DNA from: Callorhinchus milii
Taxonomy: Eukaryota
Length of the DNA stretch: 64,000 bases
Reading direction: 5' to 3'
Assembly: GCF_018977255.1 (NCBI RefSeq)
Contig: NW_024704746.1
Coordinates: forward strand, 56,606,001 to 56,670,000
The notes beneath the pieces are model-generated. The model ran no database searches, was not told where the DNA came from, and was given only the letters and a program-made list of their open reading frames with translations. Within the stretch, counting starts at the first letter, position 1, and every line of letters starts with the position of its first letter. Shown piece after piece: positions 48,223 to 61,800 of this stretch. The position numbers and the translations under genes are program-made.

Positions 48223-48945
48223 TAAAATCACAGCACTTCCAGCCAATTAAAATCAGTCTTCCTCTATTTGGTACAGGAATTTGACCTTGGCACAAATTTA
48301 ACATTTGCAATGTGTCTTTTTTGATAACCAATTTAACATGAAATAATTAGTGTTAAACCTAAGTTCTGACACGCAGAATTTATATCAAACTTTTGAAACA
48401 GCAACAAAATCGGCTTCCTTTGGAGGAAACGCTTCTCCATTAACATTCTCGGTCAGCTTCCTCCTGACATGTAAAGGAAATGACCGTGTGTGTGTGTCTG
48501 TGTGTTTCTCTCTCCCTTTGTAATCATGAGACGAGCAGCCTAACACTTTGTTTGAAGCACTGTGAAAAACATCAGTTTGGATGAGAGTCAAATTGTGGCC
48601 TCTACTCTCTGCTGTGTGTTCCTCTGGCAGCATCCAGCACGATTGCCAGGAACTTCATTTAACACACAAATAGGGAGGATGCTCAATTTTGAAGAATAAA
48701 TAAATAAAACCAGTGTTCGTAGAGTTCGGCTGTTCATTTCATAATTCCAAAGCCAGAGTTTATTTATTTAGCAGAGTTGTATTTCACTAAATAGAATACA
48801 GGTGTATTGTGTAGCTCGTGTACACTGGGTTTAACTAATAGGAAAGTAGAAACTAATCAAGGTGGCTCATAAATTCTTCCCAAACCTATTCTGGTTATTA
48901 AGATCAAAGCACTGTGCAACAGTTTTACGTTGAAACCTTTAGATA

Positions 48946-49460
48946 TCAGCCTGGCTCAGTTGGTAGCACTCTCACCTCTTGAGTCTTCAGAACTTTAGCC
49001 ACTATGCCCCAAAACTTAGTCACTTCCCCACCCCCTCTCCCCCTGGCTCATTGTCAAGACTCCACCACTGTCAAGCGCTCTGGGACGCTACCTCGTGTGA
49101 AGGGCAAGTTATTGGTGTTAAGTCAGAAAATGTAGGTTCAAGCTCATTGGTGGGCCTTTGAACTCATGGTCTGGGCTAATGTTTCAGTGTTGGTGGGGGG
49201 TGGGACTCTACATTGTCAGAGGTGCTGTCCTTTGGATAAGACAATAAATCAAGGTTCTGTCTGCCTGTTCGGATGGACATTAAAGATCCTGTTGCTCTAC
49301 TCGAAAAGAGAAAAGTTTCTCCCAGTGTCCTAGGTCCCTCAGAGGCAATTGACCGCATGTGCCTACAAAATATGCAGTCATTATACTTTCCAGTAAATCC
49401 TATGAAGCGCTTTAAGACATCCTCTAGATGTGAAAGGTATATCAATACAAGGATTATTGT
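48946..49460 (+). mobile_element. Deu-domain tRNA-SINE with an L2 3'-end fragment nested in its head (about 48993-49119)
   Basis: A box ggctcagttggtagc; insert similar to 35615-35847; SINE resumes agtcagaaaatgtaggttcaag; Deu domain at 49220-49335. Confidence 0.75.
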
Positions 49461-50161
49461 TTAGTTTTAGGAGTGATATTCCATCAAAATCCAACTATAC
49501 CATATAGTAAAAGTTGTAACAAGCAAAATGTGTAGTGACAAGCAAAATGTCACCTTTCTTGTTTTATAGAATGAAATCCAATTGCAGGACTGGAATGCAA
49601 TAGAAGTAAGTCATTCATTTTGAAGTGAAGATATAACCCATTTACCTCCCAATTGCCTGCGCCCCAATTATGCGCTATAAGCACTTTGTTATGTGCATCC
49701 TATGGGAATACACTCTAAAACTGCAAATTGCTGCTATAATCTAGAAGGTCAATTATCTGGAAAATATCAAAATTATCATTAGAAGGCTGAGAAGCAGAGG
49801 TGTAGATGACGAGAACTTGGGAAGCAGAGGTGAAAGAAAGATCTTGAATTTTTTGGCACTTTACCACGTCAAAAAATTCTGAAACGTAATTGCTCTTTTG
49901 AAAGCAAAATGCTTGCCACTTTGCTATTTCGAAAGGTCCACAGCAGCTGTGAAGCAATGCATCTGGGGGATTGTTGGTCAGACACCAGGAGCGGGGAGAT
50001 CCTCCCTTCTCTTTTCCTGCAGTGTTTTAGGATCTTTAATGTCTACCTGAACAGACAGCAAGGAACTTAAATTCATGCAATGCAATCAATCACTTCATTT
50101 TCACACTTGGGAGGGACTAGCCATGTCAAGTGAGCTAAAATGTGAGAGATTTGTGTATCCC

Positions 50162-50262
50162 TGATGATAATAATAATAATCCTTGCATTTAATATAACGC
50201 CTTATCAAGTTTTCGAGACCTCTCAAAGCACTTCACAGAATATAATGTAAAGCGAGTTATTT
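50162..50262 (-). mobile_element. SINE 3' tail fragment
   Basis: (aat)n ccttgcattt...gcacttcacagaatataatgtaaa. Confidence 0.75.
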
Positions 50263-50286
50263 TGTGGGATTATTGAGGGAACTTAC

Positions 50287-50412
50287 CTTGTTCACAGTTC
50301 TTACCCCCAAACTCTATGGGGCACTGGCAAGTGTACGTGTTCCACTTGTTCACACATGTCCCTCCGTTCAGACACTCATTCATCTGGCAGAAGTTTCTTT
50401 TAGTAGTACATC
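50287..50412 (-). CDS. CELSR1: CELSR1 exon, EGF-like repeat (CTTKRNFCQMNECLNGGTCVNKWNTYTCQCPIEFGGKNCEQ)
   Basis: gatgcag|GATGT...CAAG|gtaagt; 126 nt; EGF cysteine spacing. Confidence 0.95.
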
Positions 50413-51090
50413 CTGCATCCAAAGAATGAAGAGGTTAATGGAATCATCAGAACCATTAAACATTTCGTTCTGCAAGCAGAAATACCTAAGGTACTTTCAA
50501 AGCTCCAACAGCTTATTACAGTCTACATTTGATCAATTGTGCTAATTTTCAAAGAGGAAAGTTATGTTCAAAATACTATTCATGAAGGATAGGGAGATGC
50601 CTTCTGTAAGGTCTGACACATATTCAACAACAATATTATCAGCCACCTGAAAAAAATCAATTATTTAACAATAAAAGCTTAATTTAGGGGAGAATTAAAT
50701 GAGATTGTTCTGAGTGAGCAGGAACCATTAGAGGGAAGAGTTGTACCAGTCTTTGTGTTTATATATAACCTACTCAGCCCACGTCAAGGAAATTCCATGG
50801 GTTTCCTTTTAAAATCCGACATTACAGTAGTTTCCTGTTTTGCTATTCTAACACTTTCTGAAAGGTTCAGAGGTGATGCTAAACTCTATTTTACTATACT
50901 CACACTCTTAGCTGCAAATCAAAGCCCTTATACACCTTCACACCCAATCAAAGCCTGCCAATGCCTTCATTATATAGAAAGCAATGGAAACAGTCTATTC
51001 GGCCCAATTACTATACCAGTATTTATACTCCACATGAGCCTCCACCCTTCCTAATCCCCTCTCCTACCTCCTTTTCTCTTGTATATGCAT

Positions 51091-51612
51091 CAATACAATA
51101 CAAAATTATATTTGTATAGTGCCTTTCACATCGGTAGGACATCCCAAGGCACTGGACAGTTAGGGATTTGGACCCGAGCGGTGGGGGTGGGAATTGGGGT
51201 AAGGGAGGGTGGAGGGCAGGGAGGGTGGCCAAAGGCACGGTCAAAGAGGAGGGTCTTGAGACGTGCCTTGAAGAAGGCAAGGGAGGGACTGTGAGATGGA
51301 GTTCCAAGGGTGGGGGCGGAGAGGCTGAAGATCTGACCACCAATGGTGGGGTGAGCCAGGTGGAGCACGTGGAGCAGCACACAGCCTGCTGAGCAGAGGG
51401 AGCGGACAGGTTGATATTGGATCAGCAGTTTGCAGAGGTAGGGAGGGGCAAAGTCGTGGAGGGCCTTGAAGGCGAGGTCTAGGGAGCCAGCTGAGGGTGA
51501 GGATGATGGGATCACAGAGCCTGGTGAGGGAGAGGACATGAGTTGCAGAGATCTGGATGATCTGCAGTTTATGGAGGGAAGAGTTGGGAAGCTGACAAGC
51601 AGGAAGTTTCCT
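51091..51612 (-). mobile_element. L2 LINE 3' fragment
   Basis: Colinear with the other L2 copies (FFKARLKTLLFDRAF). Confidence 0.9.
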
Positions 51613-52049
51613 CTTAAATATGTACAGCCATTCAAAGACATTAAATGCCTTCACCATCCCCAAGTCTTGATTATTTTACGATTGTGAACAATGTATTTAA
51701 ATAATAAAAAGTACAATCCATGTACTCAAAAATATGAACAAGCAAAATCCTTGGGAGATGGTATAGGATAATATGCTGAATTCTGAATTTTAGAGCACAA
51801 ACTTGGACTGCTGCTGAACAGGTTTAACAGCATGATTTACAACCCATCAAAATTTATAAAATTGTGCCCTTATATACAGGCACACACCCATGATTAATGA
51901 CCTTACATTCTAACATAAACATTTTCTCATAGCATAAAAATATTGCTTACTGAGAAATAGGTGCCTGCCTAGGGAAATTTAATGGGTAAACTAGATGGAC
52001 CGAAGCATTTATTTCCATCTGCTATGGTGACTATGGGAGACCCGTATAC

Positions 52050-54385
52050 TATAGAATCATAGAATTATATAGCACAGGTGGAGGCCATTCATGTCTGTGC
52101 CGGCTCTTTGAAAACAGCTATCCAAATCAATCTCACACCCCCGCTCTCTCCCCATAGCCCTGAAAACTTCCCCTCCCCAAATAATTATCTACTTCTCTCT
52201 TAAAAGTTGTTATCGAATTGGCTTCCCCCACCCTTTCAGGCAATGAATTCCAGATCCGAATAACTTGCTGTGTGAAAACATTTCTCACCTCCTCTCTGTT
52301 TCTTTTAACAACTATTTAAAATCATTGTCAATCGACCCACCTGCCAGTGGAAATAGTTTTCCTTGTTCAATTGAATCCCTACATAATTTTGAAAACTTCT
52401 ATTAAGTCTCCTCTTAATCTTCTCTGCTCCAAGGAGAATAATCCTAGCTTCGCTAGCCTCTCATGATAACTGAAGTTCCTCATTCCTGGTACCATCCTGG
52501 TAAATCTCCTTTGCATCCTCGCATTTATCTCCTTGACATCCTTTCAAAAGTGAGGTGCCCAGAACTGAACACAAAACTCTAGCTGAGGCCTAACCAGTGT
52601 TTTATAAAGGTTCATCATAATTTCCTGACTTTTCTATTCTATGCCCCTATTCATAAAGTCTAGAATCCCATATTGTTTTTCAACAGCTTTATCTACCTGT
52701 CCTGCCGCCTTCAAAGATTTACTTGTATGAAGTATAAATAAATATACTTTTTTTACGGTTCCTTCACCCCCTTTAAGATTGTACCATCAGCTTATATTGC
52801 CTCTCCTCATTCTTCCTCCCAAAATGCATCACTTTGCATTTCTCCACATTAAACTTCATCTGCCACCTGTCTGCCCATTTTACCAGTCTGTCTATGTCGT
52901 CTTGCAGTCTGCTACTATCCTCCTCACTGTTTACTACTTTACCTGGTTTAGTATAATCTGCAAACTTGGAAATTGTACTCCCTGCACCCAAGTCCAAGTC
53001 CTTTATGTAGATCAAAAACAGCAGTGGTCCCAATACTGACCCCTGGGGGACACCACTGCACACTTCCCTCCAGTCAGAAAAACAACTGTTCACCACTCTC
53101 TGCTTTCTGTCTCCCAGCCAGTTCTGTATCCATGCTGCCACTGTCCCTTTAGTACCGTGGGCTTCTATCTTGCTTACAAGTCTCTTATGTGGAACTTTAT
53201 CAAACGCGTTTTGAAAATCCATATAAACTACATCAACTCCATCCACTCCTCTCGGATTATTCTTATCCTATCCAATTTCTCTACCTTCTCCTTCGATACT
53301 GTGGCATTGGCTGCATCCTCTTCTTTTCTGAAGACAGATGCGAAGTACTAATTCAGTACGTCAGCCATGAACTCTGCCTCCACAAGAAGATTTCCTCTTT
53401 GGTCTCTAATTGGACCCTTTGACTAATCTTTTATTCTTTATATGCTTAAAAAATACCTTTGGGTTCCCTTTTATGTTACCAGCTAATCTTTTCTCATACA
53501 ATCTCTTTGCCCCTCTTATTTCCATTTTCAGTTCTCCTCTGTACTTTCTAGATCCTATTTGATTATCTTTTGTATTTTGGACTTGACTTTTAAAATAAGC
53601 CTCATTTTTCTGTTTTATTTAATCCCAATTTCCTTATTCATCCAGGGAGGTTTGGATGCCCTACCTTTCCTCTTTGTGTCAATGTATTGGTTCTGTCCCT
53701 GAACTATCTCCTCCTTGAAGGCTTCCCATTGCTCATTAGCTGTTTTATCAGCCAATATTTCTTTCCAGTCCACCTTGGCTGGGTCCCTTTTTAACTCACT
53801 GAAATTAGCGCTCTTTCCAGTTGAGTATCTTCACCTTTGATTGTTCCTTGTCCCTTTCCATAAGTACTCTAAACCTATTGATGTTGTGATCACTGTTGTC
53901 CAGATGCTCTCCTGTTGAAACCTGCTCCACTTGCCCCACTTCATTCCCCAGAACTAGATCCAGCACTGCTTCCTTCCTCGTTAGGCTGAAAACATCCTGA
54001 TCTAGAAAGTTATTCTGCACACATTTCAGGAATCCTTCCCCCTCCTTGCCCTTTACACTGTTATTTTGCCAGTTTATGTTAGGTTAATTGAAGTCCCCCA
54101 TTATCACTACTCTTCTGAAATCTGCTTGCAGTTTGCTCGTCTATCTCCTTCCCACTATTTGGTGTTCTGTAGTGTATACTTTACAGAGTAACAGCTCCTT
54201 TTCTGCTCCTTAACTCTAACCAAATAGATTCTGTTTTTGGACCGATTAGCCCTTTCCAGGGCCGTAACCGTGTCTTTGATCAATATTGGATGTTCCCCTT
54301 CCCCCTGTGGGATGTTTTGCACTCGTTCCATGGCACCAGAGTCGCGTTTTTGTTTGCAGAAACGTCTATCTACTCCTTTCACCAT
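52050..54385 (-). mobile_element. CR1 LINE, about 2.3 kb, with internal deletions and frameshifts
   Basis: VDVVYMDFQNAFDKVPH, SGVPQGSVLGPLLFLIYI, ISKFADYTK, WQMKFNVEKCKVMH; upstream TRKEAVLDLVLGNE...SDHN endonuclease end; (attctatg)-type tail at 52050. Confidence 0.92.
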
Positions 54386-54618
54386 TTGTGTCCCCAATGA
54401 CAATTACATTAACACTCTTCCCTATGTTCCCCTGTGCATCCATTTGCTTTTGACTTCCCTCCCCAGAGGTGTCATCACCCTCACCCTATTCAGTACAGAT
54501 TTGTTTACCTCCCTTTTCTCTGCATTGTTGAATACTTCTGCTTCCTCCCTGAACAACTCAATCGATTATGCTATGGCCAACTGATCAGTGCAATCCACAC
54601 AGTTACAACTCGACTTAC

Positions 54619-54782
54619 CAGCTACTGTGCCATTATTGGCTATAAAACTAGCCATGTCAAGCTGCTTATCGTCGATCGTGAAATTTCTCATACATCCCAC
54701 AAATTCACGATTGCGAACAGGGAAATCTTCAGGCAGGTTTGGGACACCTCCAAGTAGCAAAGGACCAGTCAGATCCAGCGAC
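54619..54782 (-). CDS. CELSR1: CELSR1 exon, end of LamG1 (SLDLTGPLLLGGVPNLPEDFPVRNREFVGCMRN...)
   Basis: ttttcag|GTCG...GCTG|gtaagt; 164 nt; overlaps ORF 54566..54760. Confidence 0.95.
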
Positions 54783-54840
54783 CTGAAAAAGGTAAAGGGA
54801 TAAGTAACCGTCGAGCCCCAGCCCTTCAGGATCAGACTTC

Positions 54841-55162
54841 ATAATAATAATAATAATCCTTGCATTTGATATAGCGCTTTTCACGTCGGGAGGATGTCCT
54901 AAAGCGCTTCACAGAATATACTGTAAAGTGAATTGACTGTATATTTGTGGGCGAACGCGGCAGCCAATTGCGCACAGCAATGTCCTACAAACAGTCGTAG
55001 ATTGAAAATGGCCAATTTTTATTATTGTTTTTGGTTTTGGAGGGATTATTATTAGGTGTGTGGAGTAAGGAAACTTGCCCAAGGTTTCGCCCTCTGCCTG
55101 GAATTGAACTCAGGTTTCTCGCTTGCAAAGCGAGTGCTCTAACCACTGAGCTACAGGACTCC
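54841..55162 (-). mobile_element. tRNA-derived SINE, short variant, young copy
   Basis: Intact head and (TTA)n tail; nearly identical to 57552-57869. Confidence 0.93.
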
Positions 55163-55240
55163 ACATATAATATGTATTATCGTATACAGAAATTTTTGCA
55201 TGTAAAAATTGTTACGGAGATTGTGAATGGCTACAGAATA

Positions 55241-55450
55241 CAACAAGAACAACAAAATTACATTTATAGAGCGCCTTTCACATTGGGAGGACATCCCAAA
55301 GCGCTGAACAGTCAGATGTCGGGGCCCGAGCATGGGGAGGGGTGGTGTAGGGGTGAGGGAAGGCAGAGAGGTGGGAGGAAGACCAAAGGCGCAGTCCAAG
55401 AGAAGGGTCTTGAGACCGGCTTTGAAGAATGCAAGGGAGGAAGTGAGGCG
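55241..55450 (-). mobile_element. L2 LINE extreme 3' fragment
   Basis: Same tail as 5631, 22552, 31963 and 51091. Confidence 0.85.
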
Positions 55451-56083
55451 AAGGGACCACAAAATAAATCATTGCAAATTAATTTACCACTTACAAATGT
55501 TGTTGATAGGTCTCAAAATGTTTTACAAGATTTTACTCTGAGGTGAAGTGACTACTTGTAGTATTTGTTGGTAAATGTGGCAGCCAATTTGCACACAGCA
55601 ATGTCTCACAAAAAAGCCTTGAAGTGAATAACCAGTTTTATCTTGGGAATTGTTATTTTTAAATAAATGAAAGATACTACCGAAACCAGAGCTACAAAAG
55701 TTGACAAATAAGTATTTCTTTTGTGCAACAGTCAGTATTTACTGAGTTTGTGGAGGCAGGGTGTGGTGTGGGACAGTGGGTTGGAGCTTCCTCACACGAG
55801 CTGGATAAGGATCAGAGACAGTACCAGTCAGGGACAGCATTGCACATCTTTCAGTCATTAGTTACATTGGGACACAAGCAGGACTATGGAAAACGAAAGC
55901 GAGGTGGAAAAATATCCTGACAAATAAAAACATTTTATTACATTAAACTTCAGCAGATACAGTGTGTCAAAATACTTTTGTGAACAAATTGTGTTATTTT
56001 TTGTATTCATTTTAAGTAAAAAGAACTTCTAGAGTTATGAAATTCTATTTATGGCGAATTGCAAATTAAAAATCTAGCCTTAC

Positions 56084-56241
56084 TTCTTTGATCCAGTCTG
56101 AGTTCCCTGGGCAGCACATGAATAGTTTCCAATTTGGTTTCCAAAGCGTATGGACACTGCGGTGTCACAATCATCAACAGTAACTACAGCGACTTTCTCC
56201 CCAGAAGGTCCGTGAGGAATACCTAATCTGCCAATATTTGG
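56084..56241 (-). CDS. CELSR1: CELSR1 exon, LamG1 (PNIGRLGIPHGPSGEKVAVVTVDDCDTAVSIRFGNQIGNYSCAAQGTQTGSK)
   Basis: cactcag|CCA...AAGAA|gtaagg; 158 nt, phase 0 to 2; absent from ORF track, translated by hand. Confidence 0.95.
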
Positions 56242-57551
56242 CTGAGTGAAAGAAGAAATGAATTTATTTAGATAGACAGTAATACTGATCCAGTTATTCT
56301 CCCGAGCTTCCCTGCGCCCCCTCCGAGCTTGTCAATCTCCTCTCTCTCAAACCTCCTCGACATCCCCCCAAACGAGTCCCCTACTGGTTTGTGTTCTTCA
56401 TAACAGAAATATCACAAAATTGATCGTTATACGATTCAGCAACAGTATTACTATTCCATCCTGTTACTCTTCACATTATTTTATGGGAAAGATCTTAATG
56501 TTTCTCCATGTGATGTACATAAATGCCACAAATCCAGGTTCAGCCACAGTTCCAATGTCATGGTACAAGATTTCTGTGGACTTGTGTGTTAAAGTGACAG
56601 GCTTGCTAGATCTGACTTTGAATGTACTTTAGCTTTTATACGCACGTGTTCTATGCTACCCCATCTACAAGTCACCAATCGCAAGTTTGTTTGTAAGTGC
56701 AATTGTGAAATTCTCTTCTTCTAAAACAAAAGGGTGGGGGCCACAGCCCTGAAGTACAGTGCAGCTGGTGTTTTACTTTCCGATATTTTGTCAGACTTTT
56801 TAGAGCTTTTCACAAGAACACAAGGTTGGTTAGGATGAAGAAAACCCTTTGGACACCCAATACCATCTTTCCAGGATACCCTTTTCTCAACCAAGGAAAG
56901 AAAAAAAATATTTTTATGGGTTCTTCCCCCACCCTGCATCCACAACCCCATCAGACCAGTGCCTGCACTATGTTAACAACAGTAAAACAATACCATGAAA
57001 CATCCCATTGTGCTCAAAATATTATTGTCTTCTCATTATCACATATTTTTTCAGTTGTCTAGTACCACTATCCTGTGCAGTGAGGAATGCCCAGGAGGCG
57101 CATCACATTGTTCTAATATTACCATCAAAAGACCATATTTGGAAACCAGCTATCACTTTGACACATGCTGGTGTTGATAGCTGAAACCTGATAGTCCTTA
57201 CACCCTGAGCAGCCTTCAGAACGATCACCTGTTAGATCTTCCAATTCACTGCACCACTCATTATTTACAAGAGCAGAATTGTTTTGTATAAAAGCAGAAG
57301 TAAGCCTGGAATAATGGTGACATACGCCATGTAGCCAGTTTTAACACCATCCTTTTATTTTGGGTGTTAAGGGTTCAAAGTAAAAGGAAGCCTTAAGACT
57401 TGGTTTTAAGTGAACCTGAGTTGGCAGCACAGAACTACTAGAATATGGAGCAGCTGGTATAAATTCATGTCAATATCATTTCAGTGAGACTCCAGACAGA
57501 GATACTATGCCTAAAATCCCAAATCATAGAGTTATATGAGGAAGTTTGCAT

Positions 57552-57869
57552 ATAATAATAATAATAATCCTTGTATTTGATATAGCGCTTTTCACGTCGG
57601 GAGGACGTCCCAAAGCGCTTCACAGAACACACTGTAAAGTGAATTGACTATATATTTGTGGGCGAACGCGGCAGCCAATTGTGCACAGCAATGTCCCACA
57701 AACAGTCGTAGATTGAGAATGACCAATTTATTATTGTTTTTGGTTTTGGAGGGATTATTATTAGGCGTGTGGAGTAAGGAAACTTGCCCAAGGTTTCGCC
57801 CTGCCTGGAATTGAACTCAGGTCTCTCACTTGCAAAGCGAGTGCTCTAACCACTGAGCTACAGGACTCC
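57552..57869 (-). mobile_element. tRNA-derived SINE, short variant, young copy
   Basis: Intact head and tail; nearly identical to 54841-55162. Confidence 0.93.
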
Positions 57870-58663
57870 ATATGTAGTTATGTTTATGTCATGATTGGAG
57901 GGGATGTAGGAGGAGACATCGAAAGCATTGTGTTATTTCTCATATTCATCCCAACTCTGGACCATTCTGGATAGTGCTTACTGGGAAAAGAGGAAAGTAC
58001 AGCACTCCCTTCCTTGATGAGCACAACCCGGCCTTTCAAAGCACAAGTTACAAAGAAATTGTATCTGAGCTGCTTGTTCCACCATCAACTTGCTTCAGTT
58101 ATTTGTCAGCAATCAAGTGCTTCGTTAATCCTTGTAGAGCTGAAATGAATGGAAGCCTTGCTTCCATACCAGAGTGAAATAAGAATTCCACACACTGAGC
58201 TTCAAAGAGTCACTGAGCAATCAAGCATCTTCAGGGACTCTATTTCAAGGGTTAATTACCTTATCTATCTTGCTCTTTAGTGCTGGGAAACCGTGGTAAC
58301 AGTAAGAAGCATCCGGAAACTTTCTTTCACTAAAACTGCACAGAACTCAAGTTATTTAGGAATTTCTCTGCAGACTGCTTAGAAGCAACATTCTTTCCTG
58401 TTAAGTTCTGCGGCAGAACCCCGCTATAAGATAACCCCCCTTATAACACTGCTTCGCTTAAAAGCTAGGGTCTCTATGGATCCACAGTTGTTCTGGCTTC
58501 CTGCACACTATACCTTTGCTAACGTCTGAGTCATTGGTCAATGCCGACATCATTCCCTGTAAGCTGTGCATGGGCAGTGCATGGGAAGCTTTTCAAACAA
58601 CAAAAAGGCTGACTTCCAAGTCAACAGGTTGATGCTGACATCACTTCCTAATTATTTTATGAA

Positions 58664-58860
58664 ATAATAATAATCAAAGTAATCCTTACATTTGATATAG
58701 CGCTTTTCACGTGTCGGGAAGCCATCCCAAAGTTCTTCACAAGATATACTGTAAAGTATCACCCACATAACTCAGTCACTACATTTTACAGTGTATCATG
58801 TGAAGCGCTTTGAGATGTCTCAACAACGTGAGAAGGCACTGTATCAAATGCAAGGAATAT
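58664..58860. mobile_element. Two SINE 3' tails in inverted orientation
   Basis: Minus-strand tail 58664-58757 and plus-strand tail 58782-58860. Confidence 0.8.
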
Positions 58861-61800
58861 ATATGTGTGTATTGCAGTGACTTACAGTAAAGTACATGTG
58901 TTTTGTGAGTGCATGATGCAGGAAGTGATGTTGACAATGATCTAATAATAATAATCTGATCTCTGAAAGTCAGACATTTTGTAGTGCAGGAAGCCAGATG
59001 ACGTTTAGTGCACATGCACCAATGGCGACTGCTGATCGCTCCCTCTTATAAGGCGAGTTGGAATTTTATGGACCCACCTTGCAATCGGATTCTACTGTAT
59101 TTCACACATTGTGGAGACATGATAAGGCTCAATTTCAAATTACATTGTCCCTACAGCTGCGTATGCACTAGCTTTACAAACTTTTGTAATATACTCATTA
59201 TTCAGCTCTGGAAACACATCTTACTTTTTTAAATATTAAAAAAAATTAGAGGAAATTAGCTCATCAACCATCCCATGATCTACTGGGAAAATTAAACATT
59301 ATTAAGACGTTACCTGCACTGTAAAATCTCCTCTCATGTAGGTAATCAACTGAAAAACATCAAGTAATAACTATGTTTCAGGATTTTTTTCCCCCTGACC
59401 TAAGAACACAACACTAATAAATCTTCAGGCAGGTAGTAGAGTGAATTTGTGCTGAAACCACAAATTGTATTGAGGACTGGATGGTTTGAGGCAATGTAAT
59501 AAAATTCTAGTTATGTACTTGACATTGATTCCACTCCTTTGACTTTCCCACAAGTTCAGTGCTGCTTGTGCTGCAGTGTGTTGAATGAGGTGTGGTCAGT
59601 TCTACTTATAAAAACAGGACTGTACATGGCCTGTGTGCTGTTGTGACAATTACAAGATTGGTTCATATGACAAAAGCCCTTTAGCTCATTTGATCTCATG
59701 CTTTCAGAAACACCAGCTACTTTGTAAATATGTCTTTGCAAGTTAAGCAAAACAATAAAGAGTTGCTCTGGAATGTTAATTGTTTCCAGCCCATTAAAAA
59801 AAGTAATAAATACCATTTTTTTCACTTCCATTTACAAAGTCTGGATATTGTATGTTCATTCCAATACCTCTAAATTTCAACATACCCGCTGTCACCTTAA
59901 AAGCATTCAGCTTTTGAACTTGCTTACATATTCTCTGCTGGATAGACAATAATCCTATGAGTCACTCGAACACCCAAGTTAATTAAAAATTGAAGTGCAT
60001 TGTTGATGGCACCTCCTCGGCACATTCTGAAAAGAGCATAATGCTAGTTGTAAGATGAGTTGTTTCACAATCTTTGTATCACTCTGATGGGCTTCCTGCT
60101 TGCTGACCTCTCCCCAGGTAGTGCACTGTGCTAATTATAATAGAAGAGGATCTTTTCCACATAATCAGAATGTTTTCAGGAATCTTCCTTAGTTCACTTG
60201 CAATTCCCCCTCCCCTCTGCACTGCTCACACAAACACATTGAAAAGCAACAGGGAATGCCATCGATGACTGGACACTTTGTAAAAGAATAATCAGGCACT
60301 ACAATTTGGCAGCTCCACTCACACGCCTCCAGTGACCGGAGAAGCTGGCAGTCTTAAGCAACTGGCCACTTAACTGCTGCTTCAAGTGAACTAAGGGGGC
60401 GATAGGGCAAGTCAGGAAGAAAACTGTGGGGGGAGGAAACAGTGACACTTGCTTGGCACATAGAATAAACAAATCTCTTATAAAAGATCCCTACCACAGA
60501 CCAGATCTGTGGACAGCTGTGTGGAAAGACACTCATTCTGACATTCTGATAAAATAGTGTACAGTCCCTTTAGTGACAAGATTGCTGAGGGTCAACAAGA
60601 AGCACACAGGAAAGCTGCTAGTGTCCACGATACAGCTGGGCTTCCATTCTCCCTGATATATCATTGTGAGGAGAATGTGGTGTTCACGGAGACAGACTCA
60701 TACATGCTCATATGGCCAGATCAGAGGCCTGCCAGCTCAGCCACAGGGGTATATAGTTTCAGGATACCAAGAGAGAAATAATACGTGGGGCAAGTGGGAC
60801 GTGGGACGGGTTAACAAGAAAGAGGGAAGAGAAGACATTCATATTATGAAAAGCACAATTACAAATAGGTTTGGATTTCATATTCGCTGTCTGAACAGGC
60901 ATTACAAACAATTGATTTCAACATTGGCTTTAGAGAATATCCAATTACCAGAAGTTTTTTAAGAAAAGACAGCGAGGGACATTAAACTACAATGACTGCA
61001 GCAGAGAAGTGATTAAGTAATAAGGTCAGTGTGTGTTCGGCATAAAGACCCTATTGTGTCAAAATTCAGACATTGCAGAAAAATGTGAAATATTAATTCA
61101 GTCAGAGATGATGTTTGTGCAAAGGGAGCATGTATTGGCGTAGCAAATGTAAGTTACTTCTGGACTTATATAGAAGGGTCTCCTAACAGTTTCCAGACTA
61201 TTGCAGGCCTTCAGCCTTTCAGGAAATGAGATGGCACCATTTTGCTCATCAGTTAGTGCTGTTAACTGACAGATGTCCCACCCATAAATTCAAACGAGGG
61301 TTTTTATTTTCTCTTCTATGGTTAATTCCACCAAATAACCCAAGCATTCTGTATACACAGTGCCCATCTGCTTGCCCGAGTAGAGTCATCTAACATTGAA
61401 AACATTCCGGAGAATCCAAAACAAGAAAGCCTGATAAGTATCAATCCTCTTTATTTTTTAAAAAAAAGGATATTTATGAAGGAAAGCTGCAGAATTTTTA
61501 TTTATATGAGTACATGGATGTTTGGTTATGGTGAATCGGAGATGAATGTGAAATTTAATAGGGCAGTCAAACTGTTGTTCCAAGTTACGGCTAGCTTTGA
61601 TTAGCCCACATGTACAGGGAAATAGTTTTCACTACCTCTGGGTATCCAAAGCCTAAATGCAAGAGAAGATCGCACACATTCATTTTAAGGAATCGCTTCC
61701 TTTTTGGCTCAAGCAATAACTGATATCAAACCGTTTTTGTGGAAAAGTAACATTTTCATATTCTTTTGCTATCTACTTTTAGAAGAATTCAGCTTACAGT

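Noticed and set aside
59314-59345. ...TTTTACAGTGCAG|gtaac resembling the end of an upstream CELSR1 exon
   Set aside because: The preceding translation does not match LamG1 and no supporting acceptor was found
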